DNA of 64,000 nt, from positions 91,574 through 155,573 of IMG/VR virus record IMGVR_UViG_3300032397_000003; one strand, given 5' to 3'. Within the stretch, counting starts at the first letter, position 1; every line of letters starts with the position of its first letter. The notes beneath the pieces were generated by a model, which saw nothing but the letters and a program-made list of their open reading frames with translations, was not told the origin of the DNA and made no database searches. Below, piece by piece: positions 28,671 to 39,127 of this stretch. This DNA is from a virus. The position numbers were made by a program, and so were the translations under genes.

Positions 28671-29801
28671 ATGAAAAAAATATTATACATATCCCCTTAT
28701 GAAGAATTTGTAGTAGCTCAGAATGGGGGGTATGGAGTTGTAGCTGAATCATTTAAAAGAATGTTTGATAATATGAGTAGTATAGAAGTTGAATATGTCA
28801 ATATAAATATTCTTGCTTCAGGAAATTTAAATAGAATAAATCAAAGATTTGATGTGTGCATACTACTCGTACATCCATCCTCTTTTGAAAATAAAATATT
28901 TAAACAAAATATGGAGTATGTTTCATCTATATGTGATAAAACATATATTCATATCTTTTGGGAAACAAGCCCTACGCCCTCTAAATGGAAATGGTTATGG
29001 CAATCTGATATCTTTACAGGATTTATTTCACCTTCAAAGTTTGTATTTGATATGATAAATTATGAAACTAAAAAATTCAATAAAGAAAATCATCTTATCT
29101 ATTGTCCTGTGTTTGAAGAAGATTATGAAAAGTATAAAATTAGTATTTCTAAAAAAGAAACAGAAGATGTATTTAATGTTCTCTATATGGGACAGTATAC
29201 AAAAAGAAAAGGAATGGAAGATGCTATAATCGGATTTGTTCAAGCTCTATCTGAATATAAAGATTGTAGACTGGTATTAAAGTATCATCCTTTATCAGAT
29301 AAAGAATTACCTGCATCTGATTTGATTTCAAATTTAGTAAGTACAAACACAAAAAAGATGAATGCTAAAATATATGAAGTCACGGGTAATCTCAGTAAGG
29401 ATGATATCTATAGTTTATATAATGAAGCTTCTGTATTATTATTTCCTTCAAGAGGAGAAGGATATGGTCTTCCTTTAGTTGAAGCAGGTATGATTGGACT
29501 TCCCTGCATTTATACTGATTGGTCATCCACAAAAGAAACAGGAAAGTTTAGAGGTAATAAATCTATAGCTTATATATTGGATACTGCTCAAGGAATGGCT
29601 CAGTATGATTATGAAGGCAATTCTGTATACGCAGTTCCATATATAAAAGACATTGTAAAGAATTTAAAAGAATGTTATGAAGCATGGAAGTATAGTAAAG
29701 AAGAATATTATGAATATACTAATAATAACGATATTGATATAATTAAGAAATTTGGCCCTAAAGTATTTATGGAACAAATTTCAAAGTTGATAGGAGAATA
29801 A
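28671..29801 (+). CDS. glycosyltransferase (GT-B, GT4-like)
   Basis: GGYG, IFWET, KRKG, FPSRGEGYGLPLVEA. Confidence 0.9.
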   Translation: MKKILYISPYEEFVVAQNGGYGVVAESFKRMFDNMSSIEVEYVNINILASGNLNRINQRFDVCILLVHPSSFENKIFKQNMEYVSSICDKTYIHIFWETSPTPSKWKWLWQSDIFTGFISPSKFVFDMINYETKKFNKENHLIYCPVFEEDYEKYKISISKKETEDVFNVLYMGQYTKRKGMEDAIIGFVQALSEYKDCRLVLKYHPLSDKELPASDLISNLVSTNTKKMNAKIYEVTGNLSKDDIYSLYNEASVLLFPSRGEGYGLPLVEAGMIGLPCIYTDWSSTKETGKFRGNKSIAYILDTAQGMAQYDYEGNSVYAVPYIKDIVKNLKECYEAWKYSKEEYYEYTNNNDIDIIKKFGPKVFMEQISKLIGE

Positions 29802-29806
29802 ACAAT

Positions 29807-30823
29807 TTGAGTAATGAAATAATTTCTTTAATAACAGGTGATGGACAGGATACATTATGGCTTAGTAAATTTCTTTTAGAGAAAGGTCACACAGTTATAG
29901 TGGGTTCAAGAAGAAGTGGATCAAATACTATCTGGAAGTATAAAGAACAAGGTATATATGATAATCCTAAATTAAAATTTGTACTTATGGATTTAAATGA
30001 ATTCCATAATGTTAATAATGTAGTTAAAAAATATAAACCTGATTATATTTATAATCTAGGTGCTCAAAGTTTTGTAGCTGCTTCATGGGATAACCCTTTA
30101 ATGACTATGCAAACAAATAGTTTAGGAGTTATATACTTACTGGACTCTATCAAAAATAATTATTTAAATACCAAATTTTATCAAGCAGGAACTTCAGAAA
30201 TGTTTGGAAAGGTGCAAGAGATGCCACAAACAGAAAAAACACCTTTCTATCCAAGATCAATGTATGGTGTATCAAAATTGGCAGCTTATTGGTCTATTGT
30301 TAATTATAGAGAATCTTATGGGATGTTTGCTTGTAATGGAATACTCTTTAATCATGAGAGTTGTTATAGAGGGTCAGAATTTTTAACCAAGAAAGTTGTT
30401 GAGAATGTGGTTTTAATAAAAAAAGGAAAACAAGATTTTTTTGAACTTGGAAATCTTAATGCTAAAAGAGATTGGGGATTTGCAGGTGACTACTGTGAAG
30501 CGATGTATTTAATGTTGAAGCAAGATATACCCCAAGATTTTGTTATAGCAACAGGGAAGACTCATTCAGTAAAAGAGTTTGTTGAAAAATGTTTTCAATA
30601 TGTTGGCATAGATATCTATTGGGAAGGTAGTGAAGAAAATGAAATTGGATTTGATGGAAGTGGGAAAACTTTAATAAAAGTTAATAAACAATTTTATAGA
30701 CCAACAGAAGTTGATATATTACTGGGTAATCCCCAAAAAGCAAAAAACATATTGAATTGGAAACCTAAAATGTCATTTGATGATCTTGTTTCTCATATGA
30801 TGGAATATGAGGTAAAAAAGTGA
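29807..30823 (+). CDS. gmd: GDP-mannose 4,6-dehydratase
   Basis: YNLGAQSFV, QAGTSEMFG, TPFYPRSMYGVSK, GILFNHES, LGNLNAKRDWG, YRPTEVD. Confidence 0.92.
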   Translation: MSNEIISLITGDGQDTLWLSKFLLEKGHTVIVGSRRSGSNTIWKYKEQGIYDNPKLKFVLMDLNEFHNVNNVVKKYKPDYIYNLGAQSFVAASWDNPLMTMQTNSLGVIYLLDSIKNNYLNTKFYQAGTSEMFGKVQEMPQTEKTPFYPRSMYGVSKLAAYWSIVNYRESYGMFACNGILFNHESCYRGSEFLTKKVVENVVLIKKGKQDFFELGNLNAKRDWGFAGDYCEAMYLMLKQDIPQDFVIATGKTHSVKEFVEKCFQYVGIDIYWEGSEENEIGFDGSGKTLIKVNKQFYRPTEVDILLGNPQKAKNILNWKPKMSFDDLVSHMMEYEVKK

Positions 30824-31923
30824 TACTCTATGGTGCAGGGGAACTAGGAAAACTTGCCCATCAATTTTTAGACTTCTATAATATAGAACATATTGTATGT
30901 GATGACAACCCTGAAAATTATATGCATGATAGTTTTTGGGTTGGTAAACCTATATTTAAATTAAGTAATTTATCTATTGATCTCCTTAATACTAGTTTAC
31001 TGGTTTGTATTTCAACAGCTTCATACAATACGATAAGACAGAAATTAAATAATAAAGGGTTTACAAATGTTAAACCTTTCTTTCAGGTAGCAGAGGAAAT
31101 AAATAAAGCTAATGCATATAAACATCCTTGTACAAATGGATGGAAAATAAAAAATCATTCTGAATATACTTATGATGTGATTGAAAGTTCTTTTAAAGAT
31201 ACTTATTCCAAATATGCTTATGCACAATTTTTTGATTGGCATAACGACTATACAGAATTTATAAATAATGATTTCCCAATTAATTGTAATGATAGATATT
31301 TTATTCCTGAAGTGTTAGATGTGTTACATGATAATGAAGTATTTATTGATGTTGGTGCTTATGACGGAAGAGTTACTAAAAAGTTTATAGAGATAGTTAG
31401 AGGTAAGTATGAACATATTTATATGTTTGAGCCTACCGATTCTATGTGTGTAAGTTATGAAAAGATATACAAATATAATTATGCTTTAGGTGATACTGAA
31501 GATAAATTTATTAATTTTAATAAAGAGCAAGGATATTTATGCAAGGTAGATAAACTCTCAAAAGAAAAAGTTGGGATACTTAGATTAGACAATCTTGAAC
31601 TTACCCCAACATTCATTAAGTATCATCTTGAAGGGTATGAATTAAAAGCAATTAAAGGATCGATTAAAACTATTAAAAAACATAGACCAATTATTACAGT
31701 TACTACTTATCACACTGAAGAAGGATTATATAAACTTCCTATGCATCTTATTAAAAATTTGAAAGATTATAATTTCTATTGGAGAAATCATAATTATCAA
31801 GGGCAGGGGGCTGTAATGTATTGTATACCTAAAGAAAGATGGAGTATATCATTTTCAACAACTATCCATGTAAATGATAATTGGCAAGTATATCAAGATT
31901 TAAAAAAATGGGCAGGATTATGA
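30820..31923 (+). CDS. FkbM-family SAM methyltransferase with N-terminal Rossmann-like domain
   Basis: ILYGAGELG; FIDVGAYDG, FEP, FIKYHLEGYE. Confidence 0.85.
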   Translation: MILYGAGELGKLAHQFLDFYNIEHIVCDDNPENYMHDSFWVGKPIFKLSNLSIDLLNTSLLVCISTASYNTIRQKLNNKGFTNVKPFFQVAEEINKANAYKHPCTNGWKIKNHSEYTYDVIESSFKDTYSKYAYAQFFDWHNDYTEFINNDFPINCNDRYFIPEVLDVLHDNEVFIDVGAYDGRVTKKFIEIVRGKYEHIYMFEPTDSMCVSYEKIYKYNYALGDTEDKFINFNKEQGYLCKVDKLSKEKVGILRLDNLELTPTFIKYHLEGYELKAIKGSIKTIKKHRPIITVTTYHTEEGLYKLPMHLIKNLKDYNFYWRNHNYQGQGAVMYCIPKERWSISFSTTIHVNDNWQVYQDLKKWAGL

Positions 31924-33224
31924 ATATAGTTCATATAACACCCCATCTTGGAGGAGGGGTAAAAACAGTTCTACTCGGTTGGGCAAAAGAAGATAAAGAA
32001 AATAAACATATTTTTTTATCCCTTGGTTATACTGATAATGAAGTAAAAGAAACCTTTTTAAAATTAAATATTGCTCTGTATGATAATCTATATAAAGATT
32101 ATGATTTTATATCTGAATTAGTTTTTTTTGCTGATGTGGTGGTAATTCATTATTGGAACTTCCCGCCTCTTATTCACCTCTTATTAAATAGTAATATACC
32201 TGAATGTAGAGTTATTACATGGTGTCATAATTCAGGATTCCATGCTCCGTATACTATACCAAAAGGAGTAGTAGAATATTCTGATAAATTTATATTTACT
32301 TCCCCTATAAGTTATAATTTAGGTATATGCAAAGAATATCCTCCTGATAAATTTGATTGTATATGGTCAACAGGTGGTGTTGATAAATATCAGAAGATAC
32401 AAAAGAAAAGGCATGAAGGATTTAATATTCTTTATATAGGTACATTAGATTTTGCAAAACTTAGAAATGATTTTGTTTATATATGTTCTGAAATACTAGA
32501 GGAGATTCCTGAAGCAATTATCACTGTATGTGGTAATGGTTCATCTATGAAAGAAATTGAATATTCTATTTCTGATTTAGAATTACAAGATAGAATTAAA
32601 CTAGAAGGATTAGTAGAAGATATAAAACCTTATCTTCAAGTAGCGGATGTATTTTTATATCCTTTAGACTCATATCATTATGGTACAGCAGAACAAATTC
32701 TAGGTGAAGTGATGGCTTGTGGATTAGTTCCTATTGTGTTTGATAATCCATGTGAAATGGAAATTGTAGAAGATGAGATGACAGGATTCGTAGTAAGTAC
32801 AATTCAACAATGTATAGACAGGGTTAAAGAATTATATATTGATAATGAAGATGGAATCACTTGGAGTCAACTAACTTTAAATGCTTCTCTATCGGCTTTA
32901 GAAAAGTATTCTATAAGTAATATGATAGATGATTGGAATAAATTATTTAAAGAATCAACATCTCTTCCAAAGAAAAAAAGAGAATGGAATACTTGTTTTG
33001 AAGGGATGTATGGTATAGGTACAGTTACTTTTTTAGAATCACTTAATGAACAGGAAGCAAATATATTCCATAATTATATTTCTTATGAAAGACAATTAAA
33101 GACTTTATTAAAATCTTCTCTTCAATGGAATTCAGAAAGTAAAGGATCAATAAAACAGTATCTAAAATATTTTCCTGAAGATGTATATTTAAATAGATTT
33201 AAAAAACTAATGGAGGAGAACTAA
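31920..33224 (+). CDS. glycosyltransferase (GT-B, GT4-like)
   Basis: HITPHLGGG, ADVFLYP..GTAEQILGEVMACG, TGFVV; likely start at the ATGA overlap, 31920. Confidence 0.85.
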   Translation: MNIVHITPHLGGGVKTVLLGWAKEDKENKHIFLSLGYTDNEVKETFLKLNIALYDNLYKDYDFISELVFFADVVVIHYWNFPPLIHLLLNSNIPECRVITWCHNSGFHAPYTIPKGVVEYSDKFIFTSPISYNLGICKEYPPDKFDCIWSTGGVDKYQKIQKKRHEGFNILYIGTLDFAKLRNDFVYICSEILEEIPEAIITVCGNGSSMKEIEYSISDLELQDRIKLEGLVEDIKPYLQVADVFLYPLDSYHYGTAEQILGEVMACGLVPIVFDNPCEMEIVEDEMTGFVVSTIQQCIDRVKELYIDNEDGITWSQLTLNASLSALEKYSISNMIDDWNKLFKESTSLPKKKREWNTCFEGMYGIGTVTFLESLNEQEANIFHNYISYERQLKTLLKSSLQWNSESKGSIKQYLKYFPEDVYLNRFKKLMEEN

Positions 33225-34252
33225 TGACAATAGGTACAAGATATATACAAGAGGGAAGAGTTCCCTTACAAACATTACTTCCATTAGAAGCACCACTTGT
33301 TCTTTTTATTGACCCATCTGATAAATGTTGTTTAAAATGTTCCTTTTGCCCTACTGGAGATTTTAAATTAATGAAGGAAGTAAAAAGACCTCTTCAGTCT
33401 ATAAATTTTAATCTATATAAGAAAATAATTGATGACTTACAAAAATTTGAAACTAAAGTAAAAGTAATTCGTTTATATGGACATGGCGAACCACTATTGA
33501 ATCCTCACTTTATAGATATGGTTAAGTATGCTAAACAATCTGATAAAGTAGAGACAGTAGATACAACTACGAATGGAATGTGTTTATATCCTCAATTTAA
33601 TATAGAGATTATAGAGTCAGGAATAGATAGAATAAATATTTCAGTTAATGGATTAAGTGACGAACAATATTTTGAATTTACTAAAACAAAAGTAAATTTT
33701 AAAAGATATGTTGCTAATATAAAACACCTTTATGAAAATAAAAAAAACACTTACATATTTATAAAAATAAATGGTGATACTATATCTAAAGACGATGAAC
33801 AAAAGTTCTTAGATATTTTTGAACCTATTGCTGATTCAGTTGCAATAGAAAAATCTATGGGATGTTGGCATGGATTCGATCCAAAAGGATTTATACGTTC
33901 AGATAATAATGTTGGTATCTATGGACAAGCTTTAGAAGAAGAAGCTTTAGTTTGTCCCTACATTACATATTCTATGATGATAAATTCAGATGGCATGGTT
34001 TCAGCTTGTTTTCTTGATTGGAATAGAAACCTCCAAGTAGGTAATATATTTGATAATTCTGTTTATGATATATGGAATGGAAAGCCTTTAAACAGTTTAA
34101 GAAAATTTATGTTAGAAGGAAAAAGAAGATTACATACTTATTGTAATACATGTGATCAACTTAAAAAAGGTATGCCTTCTAACATTGATAAATATGCAAA
34201 AGAACTTTACGGTAAATATAATTTTGAGGGTATAGAAGAGGATGGACAATAA
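33224..34252 (+). CDS. radical SAM protein with SPASM/twitch domain
   Basis: CCLKCSFC (CX3CX2C), GEPLL, TTNG; CPY..DGMVSAC..GNI..CNTC. Confidence 0.9.
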   Translation: MTIGTRYIQEGRVPLQTLLPLEAPLVLFIDPSDKCCLKCSFCPTGDFKLMKEVKRPLQSINFNLYKKIIDDLQKFETKVKVIRLYGHGEPLLNPHFIDMVKYAKQSDKVETVDTTTNGMCLYPQFNIEIIESGIDRINISVNGLSDEQYFEFTKTKVNFKRYVANIKHLYENKKNTYIFIKINGDTISKDDEQKFLDIFEPIADSVAIEKSMGCWHGFDPKGFIRSDNNVGIYGQALEEEALVCPYITYSMMINSDGMVSACFLDWNRNLQVGNIFDNSVYDIWNGKPLNSLRKFMLEGKRRLHTYCNTCDQLKKGMPSNIDKYAKELYGKYNFEGIEEDGQ

Positions 34253-34919
34253 TTTAATTTTTGATTTAGGTTTTTGTGATGGAACAGATACAACTTTTTA
34301 TTTAGAAAAAGGATTTAAAGTTGTTGCAGTAGAAGGTAACCCCTCACTTGCTGAAATAGGTAGTAGAAGATTTAAAGATGAGATAGATTCCGGTCAATTG
34401 ATCTTATTGAATAGGGTTGTTGCTGAAGGAGTATCTAAAATGGATTTCTACATACATCCAGAAAAAATAGAATGGAGTAGTATCTATAAGCATATAGCAG
34501 AACAAGATGAAAAAGAAAGTATAATGGTATCTGTTGATTCAATAAGTATATTTGAATTGTTCAAGACTTTTGATACTCCTCATTATATGAAAGTGGATAT
34601 AGAAGGTTGTGATGTATTAACATCTTTTCATTTAAGTCAAGCTAAAGAAAAACCTAAGTTTGTTTCATTTGAACTTAATCGAAAAGATTATTTATCTTTA
34701 TTCTATAATCTTCATAAAGCAGGGTATACTGAGTTTCAATTAATAAATCAAGCAAATAATAAACCACTTAGTTCAGGAAAATTTGGACAATTGCTTCCAG
34801 AGAACAATTGGATAAGTTTAGAAGAAGCATTATTTAGATACTGTAAATTTAATGAACTAAGAGCATTGGATTATGATAATCTAAGTTTTGGTTGGTTAGA
34901 TTTACATGCTAGGAGATAA
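34242..34919 (+). CDS. FkbM-family methyltransferase
   Basis: IFDLGFCDG, VVAVEGNP, YMKVDIEG. Confidence 0.85.
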   Translation: MDNNLIFDLGFCDGTDTTFYLEKGFKVVAVEGNPSLAEIGSRRFKDEIDSGQLILLNRVVAEGVSKMDFYIHPEKIEWSSIYKHIAEQDEKESIMVSVDSISIFELFKTFDTPHYMKVDIEGCDVLTSFHLSQAKEKPKFVSFELNRKDYLSLFYNLHKAGYTEFQLINQANNKPLSSGKFGQLLPENNWISLEEALFRYCKFNELRALDYDNLSFGWLDLHARR

Positions 34920-34922
34920 ATA

Positions 34923-35489
34923 ATGAAAGAAAATAATTTTGAAAAAATATTTAAAAATTGTGATACAGATAAATGTGTGAATTACTCACAAGCTTACCAT
35001 GATTCATTTGATGACATAAGACAAGATATAAATCTTATTTTTGAAGTGGGGGTTAATAGAGGTGGTAGCGTTAAAGGATGGAAAGAATATTTTCCTAATG
35101 CTCTTATAGTAGGAATTGATATTGACAGTACATGGTATTTTGAAGACCCCGATGGGAGAATTAAAATAGAAATAGGAAGTGCTAATCAAAAAGATTTTAT
35201 AGAGTATCTAATAAGTAAATATGGATACCCTGATATTGTTATAGATGATGGGTCACATTTAAGTAGTGATATTAAAGATACATATAATTTACTTTATGAT
35301 TATACTAAACTATGTTATGTTATAGAAGACTATGGAGTACAGTTTAAAGAATTTGAGAATGGAATGTATATAAATGACGGAGTGTCTGCTACAAATATTT
35401 TACATAATCACGTAGATCATTTACTATTACACAAAGACTCTATCAAGTCTATTAGAGTATATCATTCTATTTGTTTATTGTTCAAATGA
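34923..35489 (+). CDS. class I SAM methyltransferase (sugar O-methyltransferase-like)
   Basis: TDK, FEVGVNRGGS, GIDI, IVIDDGSH, YVIED. Confidence 0.85.
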   Translation: MKENNFEKIFKNCDTDKCVNYSQAYHDSFDDIRQDINLIFEVGVNRGGSVKGWKEYFPNALIVGIDIDSTWYFEDPDGRIKIEIGSANQKDFIEYLISKYGYPDIVIDDGSHLSSDIKDTYNLLYDYTKLCYVIEDYGVQFKEFENGMYINDGVSATNILHNHVDHLLLHKDSIKSIRVYHSICLLFK

Positions 35490-36139
35490 AGATACACTTA
35501 ATATCGGCTTTTTATAGAAAACACTTAGTTCCTACTTTAATCAATTATTTTGAATCTATGGGAATAGAATGGTATCCTGTATGTGATTATAATGATATAG
35601 AAGTATTCAAAGATAATAAGAGGACATGGATTCATCCTATATTGTGTCCCCCATTGAATCTACCAGGAGATCAAGCATTTAAAAAACTTAATGACTTCAT
35701 AGATCAAAAAATAATAATAGATGAAGATTATTATTGTTTCTGTGGAGACGATGATATGTATGAACAAGGATTCTTTGAGGAGATAAAAAAGCAGACAGCT
35801 AAAATAATATTTGTTTCTATTGCTTGTGGTGATACTATTCCATCAACTTCACCTCATAATATACATCCAATGATTATAAAAACTTTTGATGATGTTGCTG
35901 TATGTAGAATAGGACTTCCTCAATATATAATTAAAGGAGAAATATTAAAACAGATTAGATTTAAGAATGAACAACCTTATGATGATGGAACATTTGCTGT
36001 AGAATTAAAAACTAGATTTCCTAATGACTGTATATTTCTACCTGACTTATTTGCATTTGGAAATTATTTTGAATTGGGTAGATATACTAATGATAATTGG
36101 AAATTAAAACCACAATGGGAGTTACCAAAGATAATATGA
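35486..36139 (+). CDS. GT-A (GT2-like) glycosyltransferase
   Basis: FCGDDD DXD motif, YDDGTF; start at the ATGA overlap, 35486. Confidence 0.6.
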   Translation: MKIHLISAFYRKHLVPTLINYFESMGIEWYPVCDYNDIEVFKDNKRTWIHPILCPPLNLPGDQAFKKLNDFIDQKIIIDEDYYCFCGDDDMYEQGFFEEIKKQTAKIIFVSIACGDTIPSTSPHNIHPMIIKTFDDVAVCRIGLPQYIIKGEILKQIRFKNEQPYDDGTFAVELKTRFPNDCIFLPDLFAFGNYFELGRYTNDNWKLKPQWELPKII

Positions 36140-37125
36140 TTAAACACTCAGATAAAAGATGGTATATTCTACAACCAGTCTATGGAGGTAAGTGGTCTAT
36201 TCCAGATGCTTCTCTTCCTTGGACTAATGATTGTAATATAGCATTAGGGAGATTACTACAAGCTCCTGCAAGTCACTTTTCAAATGAAGATATAGATTTA
36301 ACTGCTGATATCTACTACATGATTATATTTAATGTTGATCATTATGAAAAAGAGTTAGAACTTATAAAAAAATTAAAATCACTAAATAAAAAAGTTATAC
36401 TTACTTTCTCTGCTGATATGAGATTCTTAACTGGGGAGGGATTACTTGGACATCAAGGAATAAATTATACTGATCTATGTGCTGAAGCTGATTTAGTTAT
36501 TTCAGGAGTTCCAGAAAATATAAAATTTTATGGAAGATATCAACATAAAGTTATTTCAATGGGAGTATTCCTAGAGAGACTGAATTTTTCAAATTCAGTT
36601 CTACCAAAAGATATAGATATACTAATGTCAGGTTCTATATTTAGGAATGAACCATCACTATCATTTGCATTAGAACTTATGTGTATTTTAAAAGAAAAAT
36701 ACCCTGATAAGAAAATATCTTATCCTACTAGACATAAATGGCTTCTTCAACCTAGATATCCTCAAATTGATTTTATTGAAGCAGAAGATTATATGTATAA
36801 TACAGGTTTAGTTCCTTTACTACAAAGATCAAAAGTATATATAAATCCTGAGTTAAGACCTAATCCTGGTAGAGCAATGATAGAAGCATTTTATTGTAGA
36901 GTACCTTATATATGTAGTAGCATGAGTTACCCTGCAAAATATATACCAGACTTTACTTATGATAATATGAACTTTGATACTATTATAAATCAATATGAAA
37001 TGTTGATAAATTCAGATTTAACTAAAATAATGAGAACAGCAGAAGAATTAGCAGAAGAAGATTATTTTGACAATGCTATACAGAGAATAATGGATAGATT
37101 ATACCCTGAAGGAGATTCAATTTGA
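36136..37125 (+). CDS. GT-B-like glycosyltransferase
   Basis: SKVYINPE..PGRAMIEAFYCRVPYI. Confidence 0.6.
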   Translation: MIKHSDKRWYILQPVYGGKWSIPDASLPWTNDCNIALGRLLQAPASHFSNEDIDLTADIYYMIIFNVDHYEKELELIKKLKSLNKKVILTFSADMRFLTGEGLLGHQGINYTDLCAEADLVISGVPENIKFYGRYQHKVISMGVFLERLNFSNSVLPKDIDILMSGSIFRNEPSLSFALELMCILKEKYPDKKISYPTRHKWLLQPRYPQIDFIEAEDYMYNTGLVPLLQRSKVYINPELRPNPGRAMIEAFYCRVPYICSSMSYPAKYIPDFTYDNMNFDTIINQYEMLINSDLTKIMRTAEELAEEDYFDNAIQRIMDRLYPEGDSI

Positions 37126-37595
37126 AAATTTTATATCTAAGTCTTTTCCCAGAAACAAATAATTGTAATGAAATAGCTAATTTGGAATATTTTATAGATT
37201 CAACCTATTACTATGGAATATCCGACCTATTTTCCTATCGTTTATTTTCTAATCACGAATCTATGGTAGATACCCTCAGAACTGTTTTCAAGTGTGAAAA
37301 AGACAGTGGAGTTACTTGTCCTGATTTTACGAAAGTGGCTACTGCATATGGAATAGCAACCACTCGAATTATAAACCATACAGACATAGAATATATTATT
37401 AAAAGTGCTTTAGACTACGAAGGTCCAATGTTAATAGAAGTAATGATTGATCATTTTCAACCATTTCATCCTAGAGTAATGACTGAAAAGAAACCAGATG
37501 GAAAACTAGTGTCTAAACCCCTTGAAGACATGTATCCTTTTTTAGATCGTGAATTGTTTAAAAATCAAATGATAGTGGAGCCAGTTAATGAATAA
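37122..37595 (+). CDS. chimeric protein: N-terminus of the 39128 paralog fused to the C-terminal tail of a TPP-dependent (acetolactate synthase-like) enzyme
   Basis: aa 1-59 are 50/59 identical to 39128..39883; the remainder SGVTCPDFTKVATAYGI...GPMLIEV...KPLEDMYPFLDRE matches the TPP-enzyme C-terminus. Confidence 0.75.
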   Translation: MKILYLSLFPETNNCNEIANLEYFIDSTYYYGISDLFSYRLFSNHESMVDTLRTVFKCEKDSGVTCPDFTKVATAYGIATTRIINHTDIEYIIKSALDYEGPMLIEVMIDHFQPFHPRVMTEKKPDGKLVSKPLEDMYPFLDRELFKNQMIVEPVNE

Positions 37596-38592
37596 AATAA
37601 TACAACAAGATTTACAATACATAATAGAATCACCTATAATTGATTGGAAAAGATTTGCTAATAAAACTATTCTAATTACAGGAGCTAATGGTATGTTAGC
37701 CTCTTATACGGTAGAAACCCTACTTTATTTAAATAATGAAGTATTAAAAGATAATCCTTGTACTGTTATTGCTTTAGTTAGAAATGCAGAAAAAGCTTCA
37801 AAAAAGTTTGGAGAAAATAGAAAAGGATTAGTAAAAATATGTCAAGATGTTTCTAGTCCTTTGTATAATATCCCTAAAGTAAATTTCATTATACATGCTG
37901 CAAGTTTAGCTTCACCAAAATATTATAATGAATCTCCTGTAGATGTACTACTCCCTAATATTATTGGAACTAAAAATACTCTAGCTTTGGCTTATCAGTT
38001 TAATATAGAAGGTTATTTATTTTTTAGTACTGGAGAAATATATAATCATATGGATACTTTGAATATTCGTTCTTGCTATGGGGAGAGTAAACGAATGGGA
38101 GAAGTTCTATGTACTAGTTATCATCACCAATATAAAGTTCCAACAAAGATAGCAAGAATATTTCATACGTATGGTCCAGGAATGGATTTAGAAGGAGGAA
38201 GAGTATTTGAAGACTTTGTGAAGAATATAATAAATAATGAAAATATTGAACTCAAGAGTGATGGTAGTGCTATAAGACAATTCTGTTATATAGCTGATGC
38301 TACTATTGCATTCTTTAAAATCCTACTTGATGGTGAATCAGGACAAGCATATGATGTTGCTAATAATTCACAAAAGATATCTGTAAGAGATTTAGCTGAA
38401 GTTATGGTAAATCTCTACCCAGAAAAAAATCTAAATTATTCTTTTGTTCCTCAAGATAAAGCGTATTTAAAAAGTATGACCAAAGAATATATACCGGATA
38501 TCTATAGTATAAATAAATTAGGTTGGTATCCTAATATAACAATAGAACAAGGATTTAAAAGAACGATAGAAAGTTTTGAAACTAATAATTAA
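37588..38592 (+). CDS. NAD-dependent epimerase/dehydratase (UDP-glucuronate decarboxylase-like)
   Basis: LITGANGMLA, IIHAASLASP, RSCYGESKRMGE, RIFHTYGPG. Confidence 0.9.
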   Translation: MNKIIQQDLQYIIESPIIDWKRFANKTILITGANGMLASYTVETLLYLNNEVLKDNPCTVIALVRNAEKASKKFGENRKGLVKICQDVSSPLYNIPKVNFIIHAASLASPKYYNESPVDVLLPNIIGTKNTLALAYQFNIEGYLFFSTGEIYNHMDTLNIRSCYGESKRMGEVLCTSYHHQYKVPTKIARIFHTYGPGMDLEGGRVFEDFVKNIINNENIELKSDGSAIRQFCYIADATIAFFKILLDGESGQAYDVANNSQKISVRDLAEVMVNLYPEKNLNYSFVPQDKAYLKSMTKEYIPDIYSINKLGWYPNITIEQGFKRTIESFETNN

Positions 38593-38767
38593 AGAGGTAT
38601 TATGGAATGAACTTATGATTAAATCCCAAGATGAATTACATGATTTTATAGCACTAACTCAAAAGATGTCTAATGAATATATAGAAGACTTAGGATCACC
38701 AGAACCACATTCTTGGATTGCTTTAGGATTCTGGTCTGATTTTTTTAGTCTATTTAAGGAGAGATAA
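38576..38767 (+). CDS. hypothetical protein
   Basis: Short ORF in the operon; start uncertain. Confidence 0.4.
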   Translation: MKLIIKEVLWNELMIKSQDELHDFIALTQKMSNEYIEDLGSPEPHSWIALGFWSDFFSLFKER

Positions 38768-38769
38768 AA

Positions 38770-38898
38770 ATGGGAATAAATCCACCCAAACTACCAATAA
38801 AACCTAAACCAATTATTTTAAGTAATAACATAAAATGTAATTATTGTGGTTCTGATATAGAAGTAAACGAAGTTTGTAAAGGGTGTGGAAATAAATGA
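38770..38898 (+). CDS. small Zn-ribbon protein (42 aa, not in ORF track)
   Basis: MGINPPKLPIKPKP...CNYCG...CKGCG; AGGAG RBS. Confidence 0.5.
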   Translation: MGINPPKLPIKPKPIILSNNIKCNYCGSDIEVNEVCKGCGNK

Positions 38899-39125
38899 TA
38901 CACCTAATTACTCCATTCAGTCGTCCAGAAAATTTACAATTTTATCTTGATAATCTAAAGGATAAGAATGTTATTTGGCATCCTATTTTTCAAGGGGGCG
39001 TACCAGAAGAATTAGAGGCATTTGATTGGGTAAGAGCTTCTAATGTATTTGAAGTCCCTGAAGGAATATTTCCTAATATTTATAAGTGCAATACATTTAT
39101 TACGCCATTTAATAAAGGAGTTTAA
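38895..39125 (+). CDS. truncated GT-A-like fragment, paralog of the 35486 N-terminus
   Basis: MIHLITPFSR..W.P..K.N.FI pattern shared with 35486; ends before the DXD motif. Confidence 0.45.
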   Translation: MIHLITPFSRPENLQFYLDNLKDKNVIWHPIFQGGVPEELEAFDWVRASNVFEVPEGIFPNIYKCNTFITPFNKGV

Positions 39126-39127
39126 AT

